From Syncephalis fuscata S228 (lineage: Eukaryota > Fungi > Zoopagomycota): a stretch of 64,000 bases of DNA. Below, piece by piece: positions 52,801-64,000 of this stretch; the stretch's first letter is position 1; each line of letters starts with the position of its first letter. A program made the position numbers and the translations under genes. The DNA lies in assembly GCA_025786725.1 (NCBI GenBank), contig JAHLTZ010000005.1, forward strand, positions 124,001 through 188,000, in the 5' to 3' direction. Below the pieces are notes generated by a model, which saw only the letters and a program-made list of their open reading frames with translations, was not told where the DNA came from and made no database searches.

Positions 52801-54506
52801 ATTATAATAAATCAAACTAACGCTGCTGCATCAACGTCATAATCAAATGTAACATTTTATTGTATGTAACATGAAATACTATTTAACGTTTATTAACACA
52901 TATCGGACATTGAAAATAGTACAGATTAATTGCCACTGGTTAATTTAATCAGAGTCAATGTAGCACTACAACAGCTAACACTTCTCAGTGTTAAAAACTG
53001 ATTGACGATTTATCATTCAAATTATAAATCTTTTGTCCCAGTTTGAAACTAGGAAGTCAAAGTGCAGTAGCTTCGTAGCTTTAATAACATACCACATTTT
53101 TATAAAAAATTTTGCTGATACTGGTTGGTTGTAAATTATACAACAATGTATATATAAGCTGTTACATGCTATTTATGTTTTCCAAATAGCAATACATATA
53201 ATAAAACTGCACACAATATTAAATTATCTGCTTGCTGTGTAAATAGATCAAACTTATTTATTACATTGGGTCTAACGTTTTTATATTAACAAAAAAAATG
53301 AAATTTGTAAAATTTGTTGATATGATTGTGCTGTTATTTATAAAATAGATTAATTATCTTAAATACGGAATATTTGTTATAATGGCTAATGTCACTCACC
53401 ATCTAGTTACATGTCAATAGATTGAATGCGTATTTCAATTGCGCAAATGTTATTAAAAATAATCATTTAATCCCCAAATCACATCAAATAGTTAAAACTG
53501 TTTAATTTATATATATATAATTGGAAAGAAAAAACTACTAATTTTTAAAACTGTACACAGATAAAGGCGCACAAATAAGCACCCAATGAATATAGCGTAA
53601 TATAAAACTTGGTATTTATTAATGCAAAAAGGGCTGTCTTCAATAGATATGAAACATAAAGGGAGCACACGTTCAGTGTTGTTGATATGGATGGCCATTC
53701 TATGCTACATTCATACCACTAAAAAATACATATTATATACTTTTATCAACTCTTTATAATTTAAAACTAACAATGAATTAAAACTGATTGGCATAGTAAA
53801 AGAGAACTACTATAATCCATCCGCTAATGTTGATAATGCTAAATAATACGACGAAATAAAACATAAACCAATGAGCGAGAAATGGATAATTGTCGTATGA
53901 TAACACTACTACTATAACTAGGGTATGTGTAATAATGCATGGAAGGAAGATAGGCCGTTTCAGAAACTAGTTCAAGCCACAGCGATAAGTATTAAAAGCA
54001 AATAGTAAAGAAAATAGATAAAGATAAGCCGCCATTTTCACGTGTTATTTACACGCATGGAATAATAAAGAGAAAAAATGAAATAATGGGCGCGCAAAGA
54101 GCAATAGTGAACCAACTATACGTATCATGGATAGTTAGTTAGCTAGTTGTCATCGGTTGTTGTTGTTGTTATTTTCACTATAACTATAATATGGTTGTTG
54201 TTATTACCACAAATAAATTTAATGATATAACTGGAAAGGGCACAAATATCATTGATTTAATTTATGTTAAATAATAATAGCAACCATAGTAATAGTTGCA
54301 CAGCATGATAGTGTTAAACATAGGACATGTGTATCACAACACCATCATCATCACCATCACCACCACCATCAAATCAAGACAATAAATGAATGCTGAAAAA
54401 GAGGCAGTTTAATACATGTCAGAAAATAAAGAAAACTCCATAGCCACCCACGAGAGGTAAGATATGTCGTTACATCGCTTACCAATCAAAGGGAGGGTAA
54501 GAATAT

Positions 54507-55598
54507 TTACATTATATTCGGATATGGCTTTGGTACAAGCGAGAAGCTTGGCGAGTCATCACCCATACGCCTATAAAGAGTAGTAGAAGTAATAAACAGA
54601 TGCATTGATTAGTAAGCTAAACACTAGATGGGTGGTTTAATAAACACTTACTTCTTCAATCGCTCGTTCTCAGCGTTCAATCGCTCTACCTCAGCAAGCA
54701 ATGTAATATGGCTATGCTTAAGCTGTTGGATAAACAGCACTGTCTTGCTGAGGATAGTAGCCTTGCTGACCTTCTTGCTGCCGCCACAGTTGGGTAGCTG
54801 TTCACGCAAATGCTCAAAACCATCTTTGATTTGAGCACGGCGCTTTTGTTCGGACTGGATGTGAATCTGGCGACGGAGCTCAGCGTTTAGAGCACATGCA
54901 CGTCTACAAAACAATAGTAAACAATAAACAGTCAGCTTTATGTATGTGTAAAAGTGTGAATGTACTTACGATCGGCTTTGCTCGTCCATGCTTTCTTCTT
55001 CTGGTGTATTTTGAGACATGCGAGCACGTTTGCGTGCTTCAGGATCGGTAGACATCTCGTAGTGACGACGGCTGTATTCATGGAATTCGGGGAAAGATGG
55101 ATGTGTAGGCGATACTTGGCTAGAGATACTGGGAACAGTAGGTGTAGTCATGGGTGTCAATTGTCCAGAGTAGATGTTGGCGGCGGCGGCAGCGGCAGCG
55201 GCAGCAGCATCCCCAGCAGATAAGGCGAGCTGCGGTGTCATAGGCTGTTGTGGAGTGCACACAGTAGGGAATGAGGCGGCAATAGGAGAATTGACAGCAG
55301 CTGTCACAACACCATAGCTGTTGGCCATAACATGACCGGCATTGGTCAATGGCATTGCACCTTCAAGTGACATGGGGATCTGGGCCATATTGTTGTAATC
55401 AACCATGTAGCTATTGTCGCCGGCACACGATGTCATAGGCAGATGATAGCCGCCATTGGATTGCATGGCAGATGAAGTGATAGCAGCAGCAACAGCTGCT
55501 ACAGCACTTTCAGTGTCCGTAACTTGTTGCTGTGATACAGCGGGGAAGTCTGTACGTGGAGACATTGGGAGAGCAGAAAGAGGCTGTGAAGCGTGCAT
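54507..55598 (-). CDS. bHLH-ZIP transcription factor (Max/Mlx-like), 3 exons
   Basis: RRQIHIQSEQKRRAQIKDGFEHLREQLP..KVSKATILSKTVLFIQQLK followed by a zipper. Confidence 0.9.
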
Positions 55599-56040
55599 AG
55601 TTATCCAGTTAGCGTAACGTATAATGCAGTTTTAGCAAAAAGATAGATTTAAAAGTTATCAAGTCTTGATAATTGCCGGCAAAAGAAGCGAGCAGTAAAA
55701 CAAAAATACTTATTGTCGTTAAGAGTGGCGATAATCGTCGTCGTAAAGATGTTAGTAGTAGTAGTAGTCGTATAATGTCGCAGACGGAGCGTAACGAAGC
55801 GACAAAATAAAAAGGTTTAACGGACACGGGTTTCAATGTGATATGCAAGTCAAATAATCCGTTTCTAAATGCTAGCAGTTTAAGCAAAAGCGAGTGCAAG
55901 CACAATAATCCAGTCGAGTCAATATAATATGATAGGGAATAATTCGTCACTCCAAGGTTGGAGACAGTAGTAGTAGTAGTAGTTCGTTGTCGTTGGTGGT
56001 GTTTTTTTGTTGGCGGAGAGCCGTCGTGTTGGTATAGAAT

Positions 56041-56067
56041 AGTGAGTGAGTGAGTGAGTGAGTGAGT
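56041..56067. repeat. (GAGT)n microsatellite upstream of the bHLH gene
   Basis: agtgagtgagtgagtgagtgagtgagt. Confidence 0.9.
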
Positions 56068-57533
56068 AGTGAACGAAAATGCCGTTGGCAAATAATCGTA
56101 CGGAAAAGAGAGAGGGAAACGAAGGAACAACGGTCAGAGGTGTACACGTGGGTTTTATATAACCTACTGCGACAACAATAAAACAATGACAACTGTAAGG
56201 AAGAGTGGCGCAAGGGGAAAGGTGGTCCAGGAGCTGTTATTGATATGTCTGAACAACGACCTTGAGCGACGTTTAACTAAAACTACGCACTGGTGGAAGG
56301 ATTGAAAACACAGCCAGAGATCCTATGTTCAAACACCGAATACACGTACCGTAGGAAGAGGACACGTTAAAGGTTATAAAAGTCGACGTAGAAAAAGAAG
56401 CGTCAATGAGTAGACGTGTAGAAGAAGTAGGAATAGTAGGAATAAAATAGGTTGAAAGAAAAAGATAGATAGAATAGTATAATCGTATCGTAAAACGTCT
56501 CTAAAGCAACAAGACAGGTTTAAGCGTAATAGTAATAATCGATGATAATAATCGTCTGTAGTAATAGGCACAACAGGTTGTGTATGTGTGTGCGTATGTG
56601 TGTGTTTGTGTGTGTACACTATAACAATTGCGTGAATGTAACTGACAGCCCAACTAACTATCACTCACAATGGAGGAAGATGTACGCACAAGGCGAGAAA
56701 ACAGAAGAGGAACGAGGGGCGACGAAAAAAGGAATAGGCCAGAAGGACAATAGGCCAGAAGCTATAAATGTACGAACTCAACATGCACTTCAAACCCATT
56801 CTGACAACATTACTAGAATAAAATAGGCAGACCCAGAAAGGATTTGAAACAGTCATAGTGCTTTTTCCATCTCTCTACTATGGGGCATGACATCCTATAT
56901 ACTCTGTTTGAAATGTAATAGTGAACATTCGGTTTTATTGACTGAGATTGAATTGGATTAAAGCGCAAATGGTAAATGGCTAAAGATACTGCCAGCAGGA
57001 TTAGCCCCGCCTAGAAGCGACCGCATGGCCGTTTCCTTTTCGAAAAAAACGCCATGCAAAGGAGATAGACCTGGGACACAGAGTACATATTCATGGTTGG
57101 TTGGTTTGGTTGTTGCTTGTTTGGTTCAGATGTACGCACAGACAGAGAAAACATCGCATAAAAAAGAATAAAAACGTATGTCACCCACCACAAGATATAC
57201 ATAAAATAGAATTCATTGAGTAACTCATAGGTTGCATCGATCGTGCCCCGTATGAAGTCTACCAATAGATAAGTACAAAACACCACATCCATCCACGCGA
57301 TAAGAGATGGACGAATGGCTGAGTGGCGTACTATCAATAGATAAAACGTCTCACCGACAAACTAAAAAGGGAACAATTAATCGTTGCCAAATAGAGATGG
57401 ACCACTTCAAATGAATACAAGCTAGTAAATCGTATTCATACAGAAAATGGCAATTAATGAACGGGTTACACAAAAAGAAAATGACTTGATATAGCGGTCA
57501 CTGTAGCAACAATGCTAGCTATAACAGCGGTCT

Positions 57534-58900
57534 TTACAGCCGACGTAGACCGCGTTTCTTATCGATTATACCGGCGGGTACAATAGCTGGTCGACGTTTT
57601 TCTATTCGATCCATCTTTCTAGGACGAATAGTAGCAAGTTTAATATGATTTCGTCGCGCCAAACGAGCATGATGGGGAATGCTGGACAAAGACGTGCCTA
57701 TTGTACTACCAGCAGCGCAATTAGTAGCATGAATTCGTTTTGGTGATAATGCCGCCATTTCAAGTGCCGTACTCTTGGCATCTTTATCGGTCCGTTTGCA
57801 CTCAGTGTCGACGTTGGCACTCCGAGCATTGGTAAGTACCTTATAGCTGTCATTACTCATATCACCCATGCCATTAACTAATGTGGCGGTCATTGTTGTT
57901 GTTGTGGTGGTGGTGGTGGTAGTTGTTGTTGTTGTTGTAGTTGTAGTAGTTGTTGTTGTAGGAGTTTGCGCTGTAGATGTTGATGTCGATGTCGATGGTA
58001 TAGTAGTAAGTAGTTCTTTACCATTGGATATGGTAGAATGGCTGTTATTGATATGGCTGCCACTGTTACTGCCACTGCTACTACTGTCATTATTGTCATT
58101 ATAATCAATGCTACCATCCTCTTCATCAACATTGCCGGTAGTTGCCGTCATTGGATCGTTATTCGTTTCAAATGCTTGGCGACCAACTTTTGATTGTGCA
58201 TGAATACTTGTCATCATGCTTGCATGTTTAGCATAATCCTCATATCGTTCTAACAACTGTCGGCCAGCTTCCTCGTTTAATGCCGACTCGGCATTTGGTG
58301 CAATCAATAAACATTTGACCGTCTAGTGCATATACTTATTAATACAAATTAATCAGTCATTTTTATTATTTCGCTTACCAACAAGACGTGGCCAATGCCT
58401 AGATTGGACTTCCAGTCCTTTTTAAGTGTATTAACGCAAATCTCACCCGAAGCTGAAACATTGGGATGGAATATTTTAGTGTCGAAATAACCTGTCCAAT
58501 GCATTCATAGCCGTATTAGTAACATGGCATTTAATTGCATTACACTGCACATCATGCAGAAACGAACCTGTCGGCGGTACATTTGGAAAATCGCTCTTTA
58601 GAACTAGCTTAACTCTAAAGTAGCCGTTCTCGTAAGGCGTGCCAACTACTCAATAACCAAATGTTGTATATAATTAATATCGCTAAATTGACAAACAACC
58701 TAGCGTTACCTGGTCCACGAATCCAAGCCTGAACATCAGTCAGTGTCTCCTCGTTAAGAATAATCCGAATATCCTCGGGAGGCTGTAGTGCTAGTTGCTG
58801 CAATTCCTTGGCCAATCGAGTAAACGCCCTATGAGGGATCTGGGCCTATATACGGAACAACGATCAGTTTCAACGAGTATTTGCTACAATCCCCTACCAT
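57534..58900 (-). CDS. UBE2S: Ubiquitin-conjugating enzyme UBE2S with a long poly-Thr linker
   Basis: [44 protein letters not shown]-terminal DKKRGLRRL. Confidence 0.93.
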
Positions 58901-59351
58901 ATTGCTTATGATGGCGGCAGCAGTGGATAACAAAGATCAGGTGGCTGTCTGCGTGTATAAGAGCCCACGCTATACACTCAAGTATAGTTACAATCTACGA
59001 TCTGGCTTTATGTCGGTTAGCCAATTGTAGGATGACGTGAAGATGAACAATAGTAAATAAAAAAGACACCAAATACAGATGTGACAAGTGCAAGTGAAAA
59101 GTAATAGTAAATAGTGGTAATAACAGTGGTAAAGTGTTACTAGGTCATTGAACAGAGCAATTGTCATTAGTAAAATGACAAAAGCTTGATCAATATTGAT
59201 ATCCTGCCATTCACTACTATTACTGTTACCTCCTTTCCTTCTACTCTATTTTCTTACTCTACCACTACCACTACTACTGCACTACCGGTTACCAACAAGC
59301 CGATTACTTACTTTTAACTAGTTCTGATTGTTATTTAACAATACTAGCAAT

Positions 59352-59782
59352 ATGATTGAGGTAGTCTGTAACGATCGTACGGGCAAGAAAGTCCGTGTCA
59401 AGTGCGAGTATCCTTTTCAACAGACTTTTGTAAACTATCAGTAAAGTATGCTTAACTTGTTCTTTTAGCGAAAGAGATACTGTCGGTGATTTAAAGAAGC
59501 TTATTGCGGCGCAAACTGGTACAATAGCCGAAAAGATTGTATTGAAGAAATGGTAAATAGTTATAGTTAGTAATATAAAAATACTAACAATTAATATTAA
59601 TGGTTATTATTATTATTATTATTAGGTATACCATATTTAAAGACCATATTACACTTGAAGACTGTATCCTTAATATAATTAAGATTATTATAAACTATTA
59701 TTTATTAATTAGTTGGTTATTGTATTAACTCGTATTAGATGAAATTCATGATGGCCAAAACTTGGAACTTTACTATGCATAA
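59352..59782 (+). CDS. HUB1: Ubiquitin-like protein Hub1/UBL5, 4 exons, with two U12-type introns
   Basis: Spliced: [65 protein letters not shown]. Confidence 0.97.
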
Positions 59783-60037
59783 ATGACTAGATATGCTATA
59801 TTTAGTGCCGAAAAGCAGCTAATGGAATAAATACTTTAACCGCCAACCAACCATTTATACTAGTATCGTTTATGTTGCAATCAATAAATAATAGTAACAA
59901 TAAATAATAAACAACAATGATGTAGCAATAATAAAATACAAGTAAAATAGAAAGCTATGATTGGCTTTATATTAATACTTCACTTTGACCTTTTTATCTT
60001 TCTCTTTTTCCCGACTGATCAGAGGCTATTACTCGTC

Positions 60038-61065
60038 ATGATGCTTGGACGGGTTTGTCGCACGACCAAGCTGCTGTCGAGTGCCACGGCGCCGACAACA
60101 GCTTTAAAAGCAATTGGCGGCAAGTAAATACATGTACTTTATGTTATGGCGGCTGACATTAGACACTTAATAGTAAATACACGTCGGTTGAAAACCACAA
60201 GCACAACAACGCCTGCAGGTGGGCGGCGACTACGGTTTCCTTCTATCGCGATGCCACATCCGAATCTCGACTACGATCCGGTACTTGATCACCCGCTACC
60301 CGACAGTGCCTACGAGATTGGTCGTGTTGAATTGGACGAAGACGGCGGTGAAGTTGACCCTATGGAAAATGAAAGCATAATCGGACGTCAATTACCGCCC
60401 AGCTTCCTTGAAAGCGCCGACGACTTTAATGTTGCAGACGAGGTTGAGTTGAGCGATTTGGAGATTCGTCAACTGCGTCGTCGCACACTATCGCTTCGCC
60501 GTACAGTTAATATGACGCGCAAAGGTAAAGTGCCATCCATGTCGGCTCTAGTAGTTGTGGGCAATGGACAAGGCGCGGCCGGCTACGGCGAAGGAAAGGC
60601 TGAAGACGTGCCAAATGCCATTATTAAGGCTACAAACCGAGCCATTAAAAATATGACGTTTATTGATCGTTATGACAACCGTACCGTTCATCATGACATT
60701 GAGCACAAATTCAAAGCGACACGTATTGAGTTACGTGCTCGTCCACCTGGTAAGACGGCGTGCTATTTGGCTAGAATAGCAACGACAGGCTATATAGTCA
60801 TTTTATTCTAACATAAACGTTATGCAAATATTAATATATAGGCTTTGGTAACCGATCTAATCCATATATTCACGAAGTCTGCCATTGTATTGGTATTGAT
60901 GATGTTAGTGGCAAGGTCCGTGGCTCACGTAATCCCATCAATGTCATTAAAGGCACGTTTGAAGCATTACAGCAACAAAAAGTGGCCGACGATATTGCAA
61001 GAGGACGTGGCCGTAGGTTAGAGGATGTTTATCATCAATACTATGGTGTAGCAGCCCGTAAATAG
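60038..61065 (+). CDS. MRPS5: Mitochondrial ribosomal protein uS5m
   Basis: VNMTRKGK..ALVVVGNGQGAAGYGEGK, RYDNRTV, LRARPPG|FG, KVRGSRNPINV. Confidence 0.93.
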
Positions 61066-61319
61066 CTTTAAAATACAATGAATTCAATACGAGCAACTAA
61101 TCAATACAGCTTTAATTTAATAACATATTGAACAGTGTCACTATTACTTCCAATGTATACAATAATTATTTTGTACACTAACATTAAGTAAAATACGTTA
61201 GAACAACAATAATTTCAATATTTAACAATTTTATTTGTTATCTTATGCGGCATTATATAGTTTGCCGCTATATTTAATAATATCGTTATTGATAAAACAG
61301 AACTGAACACAAATATAAA

Positions 61320-62081
61320 TCACATGACTAGATATACTAGAACACTGGCTAAAGCAGTAATACCATAGATACTAAATTTTGAAAAAGAAAGGCTACTTGC
61401 GCTGCTGCAGTCAGCACAACTTATGCCGGGAATATATAACTTAATATTGCCCATATAGGTTGATAAACGGCCGGCACTGTCGGTGATGTTGTTACGGCCA
61501 CGCTCATCATAAACGTATATCTGGTATGTTGCACTGGACAATGGCCAGCCAGCCGCATTTACATCCCATTTCGAAGTATCCCATGTGTATTGTGTTGGGT
61601 TTTGATAGCCAAAGGTTTGAAGAATAAAGTAGTCTTTGTTGTTGCGACACACCTCGAGGGTGACATTCTTGGGCTTGATTTTCAACGTATCTTCATTATA
61701 TTGCCATTCAAAATAAATTGGTTGGCCAATTTGGATTGCACCGGCCGTTTGCGTACTGCCTGCGAGAATAGGCTTGACCATTTTGATAATGGAAGGACCG
61801 TTCTCATCAGAATTAACATCGGTGCTATTGCTTGATGTCTTGTTGGTTTTCTGGCCGTTGTCTTTGATTGTGCTGTTTTGGTTGCTGCTACCATTGTTGG
61901 TAGTTTGGTTGTTGGCGGCAGTTGGGTTTGTTGCTTCTGCTCGTGAGTAAAGGCTTATCATGTGGTCAGTACTAGAAGCCATCGCCAGTCCCGTCGATTT
62001 ATGGTCCGATTGAGCACCAAATGCTATCAAAGCAATGATGCATGCCACCATGAAGATGCGGGCCAATAATGGTTGAAGCAT
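61320..62081 (-). CDS. Secreted, probably GPI-anchored protein (Psg1/YKL077W-like beta-sandwich)
   Basis: Signal peptide, N/T/S-rich linker, IGQPIYFEWQY..YTWDT..YQIYVYDERG, and SSAS followed by a hydrophobic C-terminus. Confidence 0.7.
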   Translation of the reverse strand: MLQPLLARIFMVACIIALIAFGAQSDHKSTGLAMASSTDHMISLYSRAEATNPTAANNQTTNNGSSNQNSTIKDNGQKTNKTSSNSTDVNSDENGPSIIKMVKPILAGSTQTAGAIQIGQPIYFEWQYNEDTLKIKPKNVTLEVCRNNKDYFILQTFGYQNPTQYTWDTSKWDVNAAGWPLSSATYQIYVYDERGRNNITDSAGRLSTYMGNIKLYIPGISCADCSSASSLSFSKFSIYGITALASVLVYLVM

Positions 62082-63204
62082 TCTTAACGTGATATCCTTT
62101 GAAGTTATGCAATAAAAGTAACGCGTTAGCGCTGCTAAACAACTTGCCACTAATAAAAATGCTATGCGATGCTGCTATAAAGAGAAGAATGAAACTGGAT
62201 GGAATCAAAATAAACTGATGCTACGCCTTTGAAATTTAAAGGGAAACCATTAACAATAACTAACAACAAGGCCTGCCCCCGCAAGGCCTTGTCAATGGTC
62301 AAGAGGCATTGTCGCTACCTGTTTTGAGATGTATTGTGCGTATCGCATGATGTTGTTAAAACAAATTAATACTTTATACTAGCTTGCATAGCAATGAGCT
62401 GCAATAGCATGCAGCTTGCCATGTGGAATAGAAACATTTGCTAAAAATTTGGATAAACTAATACTAATACCAATACTAATAATACTAATAATAACAATAT
62501 GCTAGTACGCAGCATTATTTATTCAGCATAGCTTACTCACATCTACAGCGCTGTTTCAGATTTACTGTAGCACTGATAAGCAGACTTTGCTAAGGACTAA
62601 AATAGCCAAATATTCTGGGTATTTTTACGGAATTCTCTAACACCCATGTGACTTCTTTGTATACACAACTGTTATTGATTGTAGCGCGATAATCATACGC
62701 TGTATGTTTGTTATTTATTGTTTGTAGGCCTGGCCCCCTAAGCTAATGAACATATAGCTATACAGCTATACCATATCCTCGTTGGTTTATAATGCCAACC
62801 CATAGACAATAAATGGCAAATATACAGCCTATCATTGCAATGCTACAGCTAATAACTTGTGCGGTATATTATCAAGTCATACGACCACTAAAAATAGCTG
62901 CGTTGAAATGGAGCAGCTGACTTATACTAAACACAAGTATTGGTAAACCATCGATGGACAACGATTGTATCAGACAATCAATAGATATCAATTATCATTA
63001 TCGTTTCAGGCCTATACAAGTATGACAGATGTGTCATATAAGTTGTTGAAGTCGTTTATTCGTTTGTAGTTTGGCCTATTATGTTACGGATTGCATGATA
63101 ATAAATGAACTTTACAACTTGTAATTATATTCATCTATTTGTCTATTATTTTAATTTTAAATGTTTGTGAACCCTGAAATCTGTTAGCTTGATTTGTTTT
63201 TACA

Positions 63205-63645
63205 ACAATTTATTAAAATTAATATGATCTGATGGTTAAATGATCAGATCTAATAATATTCACGCATTTGAACTACACATTCTTCTTATCAAACATGAAA
63301 CTAGGTGGCGAATGATATTAGTAATCAAAATACTATTATCATAGCTTTATTGTCTTGTATGTATATATACTCTATTCGTATATATATCATTTTATAATAT
63401 ACTAGGCATATTCTATATTATTTACGAATAGCGACAACATATTGACAATCCTTGCACTATTTATATATCACCTTTACTAATATAATATTACTTTACTGTT
63501 TAGTTCAATCAGTGCTGGTGTAAATAAAAAGTTGGATCATTGCCTTGATATATGAATAGGATAAGCGGCAGTTGTCAAATGGTCTTGCTCTTTACTGGAT
63601 ATATACCTAAATGTATTGAAATAGCAGCCCAATCACACTACTAAT
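63205..63645. mobile_element. Degenerate MITE copy of the same TIR family
   Basis: 63251-63345 matches 47702-47765 (ttgaactacacatt); partial inverted end at 63605-63645. Confidence 0.55.
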
Positions 63646-64000
63646 GTTAATTTCTTAAAAGTTCCAGTTAGTCTATATCTATAATTTTATACAACATACA
63701 TCATATAATCAGTATATGAATCAGCCATATGCAATATGACTTGTCTTCTATTAGTATTCATATTTACACTAAACATAAACAATGAATAGCGTATAATTAG
63801 TGTCTAATTAATTAATATACAATACCACTTGCCATCTATTAATACAGGCTATAGAACACGCACAATATATGGTACGTTCTAATATGTAATCAGCTGATAT
63901 ACATTGTCACCTACGAACTATTGATAATAATAAAGATTGAAATCAATTGTAACAGTAATAGTCAACTTGCTAATTAGACAACATAGATGACTAACAACAA

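Larger units (their letters stand above)
47656..53500. mobile_element. Candidate composite TIR transposon containing Fanzor relics and a subtilisin gene
   Basis: ~100 bp inverted repeats at 47670-47764 and 53394-53488. Confidence 0.5.

Noticed and set aside
55609-57337. ORFs of 63-173 aa upstream of the bHLH gene
   Set aside because: They are built on microsatellites and purine-rich UTR/promoter sequence, with no protein-like features

Overview
AT-rich eukaryotic, fungal-type genomic DNA with many short (about 50-75 nt) spliceosomal introns. The gene content (7TM-RGS, signal-peptide kinases, M36 fungalysin, Rim4-like protein, U12-type introns) fits an early-diverging fungus, most plausibly a Zoopagomycota mycoparasite such as Syncephalis; this is inference. 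About 26 protein genes are supported. Housekeeping genes include a PKA regulatory subunit, mitochondrial ACP, TOP3, an SLC26 transporter, an RBR E3 ligase, LIP5, myosin RLC, uS17m, RPB10, UTP17, UBE2S, HUB1 and uS5m. Two accessory islands (about 9.6-20.5 kb and 43.6-53.5 kb) hold lineage-specific F-box genes, secreted proteases and secreted kinase-like genes. The most striking signal is a cluster of Fanzor (eukaryotic TnpB-like RNA-guided nuclease) relics at 48.9-52.8 kb. One carries a spliceosomal intron, and two are followed by strand-specific folded RNAs that are candidate omega-RNAs. The relics and a secreted subtilisin gene sit inside a ~5.85 kb segment bounded by long inverted repeats with Tc1/mariner-like ends. 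An internally deleted copy lies at 26.8-27.1 kb. Single-base homopolymer deletions occur even in essential genes, so many frameshifts are probably assembly errors. All alignments and folds were done by eye.
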